In this document: positions 30,739 through 32,000 of the stretch, piece by piece
Layout of the letters: each line of letters starts with the position of its first letter
Numbering within the stretch: the stretch's first letter is position 1
From: Kiritimatiella glycovorans
Lineage (GTDB): Bacteria; Verrucomicrobiota; Kiritimatiellia; Kiritimatiellales; Kiritimatiellaceae
Assembly: GCF_001017655.1 (NCBI RefSeq)
Contig: NZ_CP010904.1
Location: 1,860,001-1,892,000, forward strand
DNA length: 32,000 nt
Reading direction: 5' to 3'
Notes under the pieces: generated by a model
Told to the model about the DNA's origin: nothing
The model's input: only the letters and a program-made list of their open reading frames with translations
The model's database searches: none
Translations under genes and position numbers: made by a program

Positions 30739-31247
30739 CAGCTCATCCCCAGTTCCTGCTTGAGTTGCGTGACCCAGGCCGCGATCCGCGCGTCCGTCTG
30801 GCCGGCTTGGTTGTCGTCGTCGAGGACCAGCCCGACGAACTGGCCGTCGACGACGGCTCGCGATTCGCTGAACTCGTATCCGTCCGTGGCGCATGCGCCC
30901 ACGACGGTCCCTCCGGCCGCAATGGCCGCGTCGTAGAGGTCGCGCATGCCGTCAACGAAGCTGTCGCCGAATCCGTTCTGATCGCCGAGGCCGAAGACGG
31001 CAACCTTCTTGCCGGCGAGGCGCGCGCCCTTGAGCGCGTCGAGCGCGCCCACCCAATCGTCCTGCAAATCGCCGACGCCCCATGTTGACGTGCCGAGAAC
31101 CAGTACGTCCGGCTCGCTGAACGCGTTAGCGTCCGCGCCGCTGACATCGCGCGCCTCTGCTCCATCGCCCAGGGCGGCCGCGATCGCTTTGGCAGCACTA
31201 CCTGTGTTGCCGGTCGTGGATCCATAGAACACCGTGATCTTCTTCAT
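30738..31247 (-). CDS. fldA: long-chain flavodoxin
   Basis: MKKITVFYGSTTGNTGSAAKAIA is the FMN phosphate loop. STWGVGDLQDDW and FGLGDQNGFGDSF. 169 aa. AGGAAG SD. Confidence 0.9.
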   Translation of the reverse strand: MKKITVFYGSTTGNTGSAAKAIAAALGDGAEARDVSGADANAFSEPDVLVLGTSTWGVGDLQDDWVGALDALKGARLAGKKVAVFGLGDQNGFGDSFVDGMRDLYDAAIAAGGTVVGACATDGYEFSESRAVVDGQFVGLVLDDDNQAGQTDARIAAWVTQLKQELGMS

Positions 31248-31276
31248 CTCTGACTTCCTTTCTCGCTAGCTAGTTA

Positions 31277-31303
31277 TTTGTCATTGGTCATTAGTCATTC
31301 GTG
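31277..31303. repeat. TTGGTCA heptamer array in the flavodoxin 5' region
   Basis: tttgtcattggtcattagtcattcgtg, 30 nt upstream of the flavodoxin ATG. Confidence 0.8.
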
Positions 31304-31335
31304 CATCCATCTGACGAACAGGCTTTTTCCAACGT

Positions 31336-31642
31336 GGGTGGCTGATTGACTCAAATGACGGATGAACGGACGGGGAGCTTCACCACGGAGGCACGGAGAC
31401 ACAGAGAAGACTCCTCCGTTCCGTGCTCTCTTCCGGCCCAACCGTTGCGCGGATTTGCCACGGGGCGCGGTGGATCCTTGGGGCGGAAGTCTGTTTCCCA
31501 TCTGCCGCACGCCGTGGCAAATCCGCGCAACACACGGCGGGGAGGCGGCAGAGGAAGCTCCGCTGGCCCGCTCCCATCCGGAACTCCGTGCCTCCGTGTC
31601 TCCGTGGTGAATCCTCGCATCGCTTGAGTCAATCAGCCACCC
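31336..31642. mobile_element. MITE-like nested palindrome (outer 19-bp IR, PAL-B arms, inner 20-bp IR)
   Basis: gggtggctgattgactcaa (31336-31354) pairs with ttgagtcaatcagccaccc (31624-31642). PAL-B arms at 31378-31406 and 31583-31612. gttgcgcggatttgccacgg (31444-31463) pairs with ccgtggcaaatccgcgcaac (31512-31531). No target-site duplication was seen. Confidence 0.45.
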
Positions 31643-31672
31643 AGATTCCCCATTGCAAGAGGCGCTCCGTTC

Positions 31673-31830
31673 CGCCGCCGCCGCGAGTTTGCCGCCGCAC
31701 ATAGAGTGCGGCCAGACAAACTCATGGGGCCAAAAAACACGCCTGCGCCGTACCATGTCCTTTCCGCCTTTCATGTTCGTCGCGCCAAACATAATACGCC
31801 CCGCCGCACTCCGTCAAACGTTTTTTTCAC
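31673..31830 (-). promoter_or_regulatory. promoter plus conserved leader module, copy 2 (upstream of the flavodoxin operon)
   Basis: TTGACG at 31812-31817, TATTAT at 31791-31796, hairpin at 31685-31723. The 45-nt core is identical to copy 1. Confidence 0.55.
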
Positions 31831-31844
31831 TATCGTTCCATACG

Positions 31845-32000
31845 GGAAAGCGACACTCACCACGGAGGCACGGAAGCACGGAGAAGGCGCCGATCCTCCG
31901 TGCCCTCTTCCGGTTCAACCGTTGCGCGGAAAATACGCGCACCACTCGCCAGGGAGGAAAGGGGATAACCCGCAGTCTCTCTCCTGCCCGACACTCCGTG
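31845..32000. repeat. PAL-B element of the long-loop subfamily, truncated by the window end
   Basis: ggaaagcgacactcaccacggaggcacggaagcacggag. The loop shares cctccgtgccctcttccggttcaaccgttgcgcgga with the 31336-31642 element. The right arm begins at 31991. Confidence 0.7.

Overview
High-GC bacterial chromosomal window (GC judged by eye, not computed). About 34 convincing genes are present, and all but one (a 2x[4Fe-4S] ferredoxin) lie on the minus strand.

Gene blocks, left to right:
1. An AAA+/DUF4143 ATPase.
2. A metal-homeostasis block: Fur-family regulator, ferredoxin, CDF exporter, a His-rich lipoprotein and a small Cys/His membrane protein.
3. A methyltransferase-rich operon translationally coupled through ATGA overlaps: O-methyltransferase, two class I SAM methyltransferases, a TsaA/TrmO-like protein and two ABC exporter half-transporters. 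An ICMT-like membrane methyltransferase follows.
4. A roughly 15.5 kb type IV filament machine (12083-27591). It holds four prepilin-like genes, a GspL-like PilM/PilN fusion, a PilO/GspM-like protein, a GspE/PilB ATPase, a GspF/PilC platform protein, a PilP/GspC-like protein, a secretin, PilT and a lipoprotein. It is interrupted by a GxxExxY gene, a membrane-anchored CGHC thioredoxin and a secreted FmdE-like protein.
5. An apparently iron- or metal-responsive block: a DtxR-family regulator plus a small CxC protein, a DUF2325 coiled-coil protein, a DUF2023 protein and a flavodoxin.

The most unusual content is non-coding:
- 12 loci carry tandem TTGGTCA heptamers, often as inverted arrays. Some supply the last codons and the stop codon of genes.
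- 12 units of a palindromic element have arms built from GCACGGAG octamers. One encloses the GxxExxY gene and one forms a roughly 300 bp nested palindrome.
- A second heptamer family (CGAACAT) sits in front of the secretin gene.
- A roughly 160 bp promoter/leader module is duplicated in front of the DtxR operon and the flavodoxin operon. It has an identical 45-nt core and a compensatory base-pair change in a hairpin.

The taxonomic impression (PVC-type organism such as Kiritimatiellota, Lentisphaerota or Verrucomicrobiota) rests only on the GFTLIELLIVIG-type prepilins and is inference. No rRNA, tRNA, CRISPR array or transposase gene was seen.
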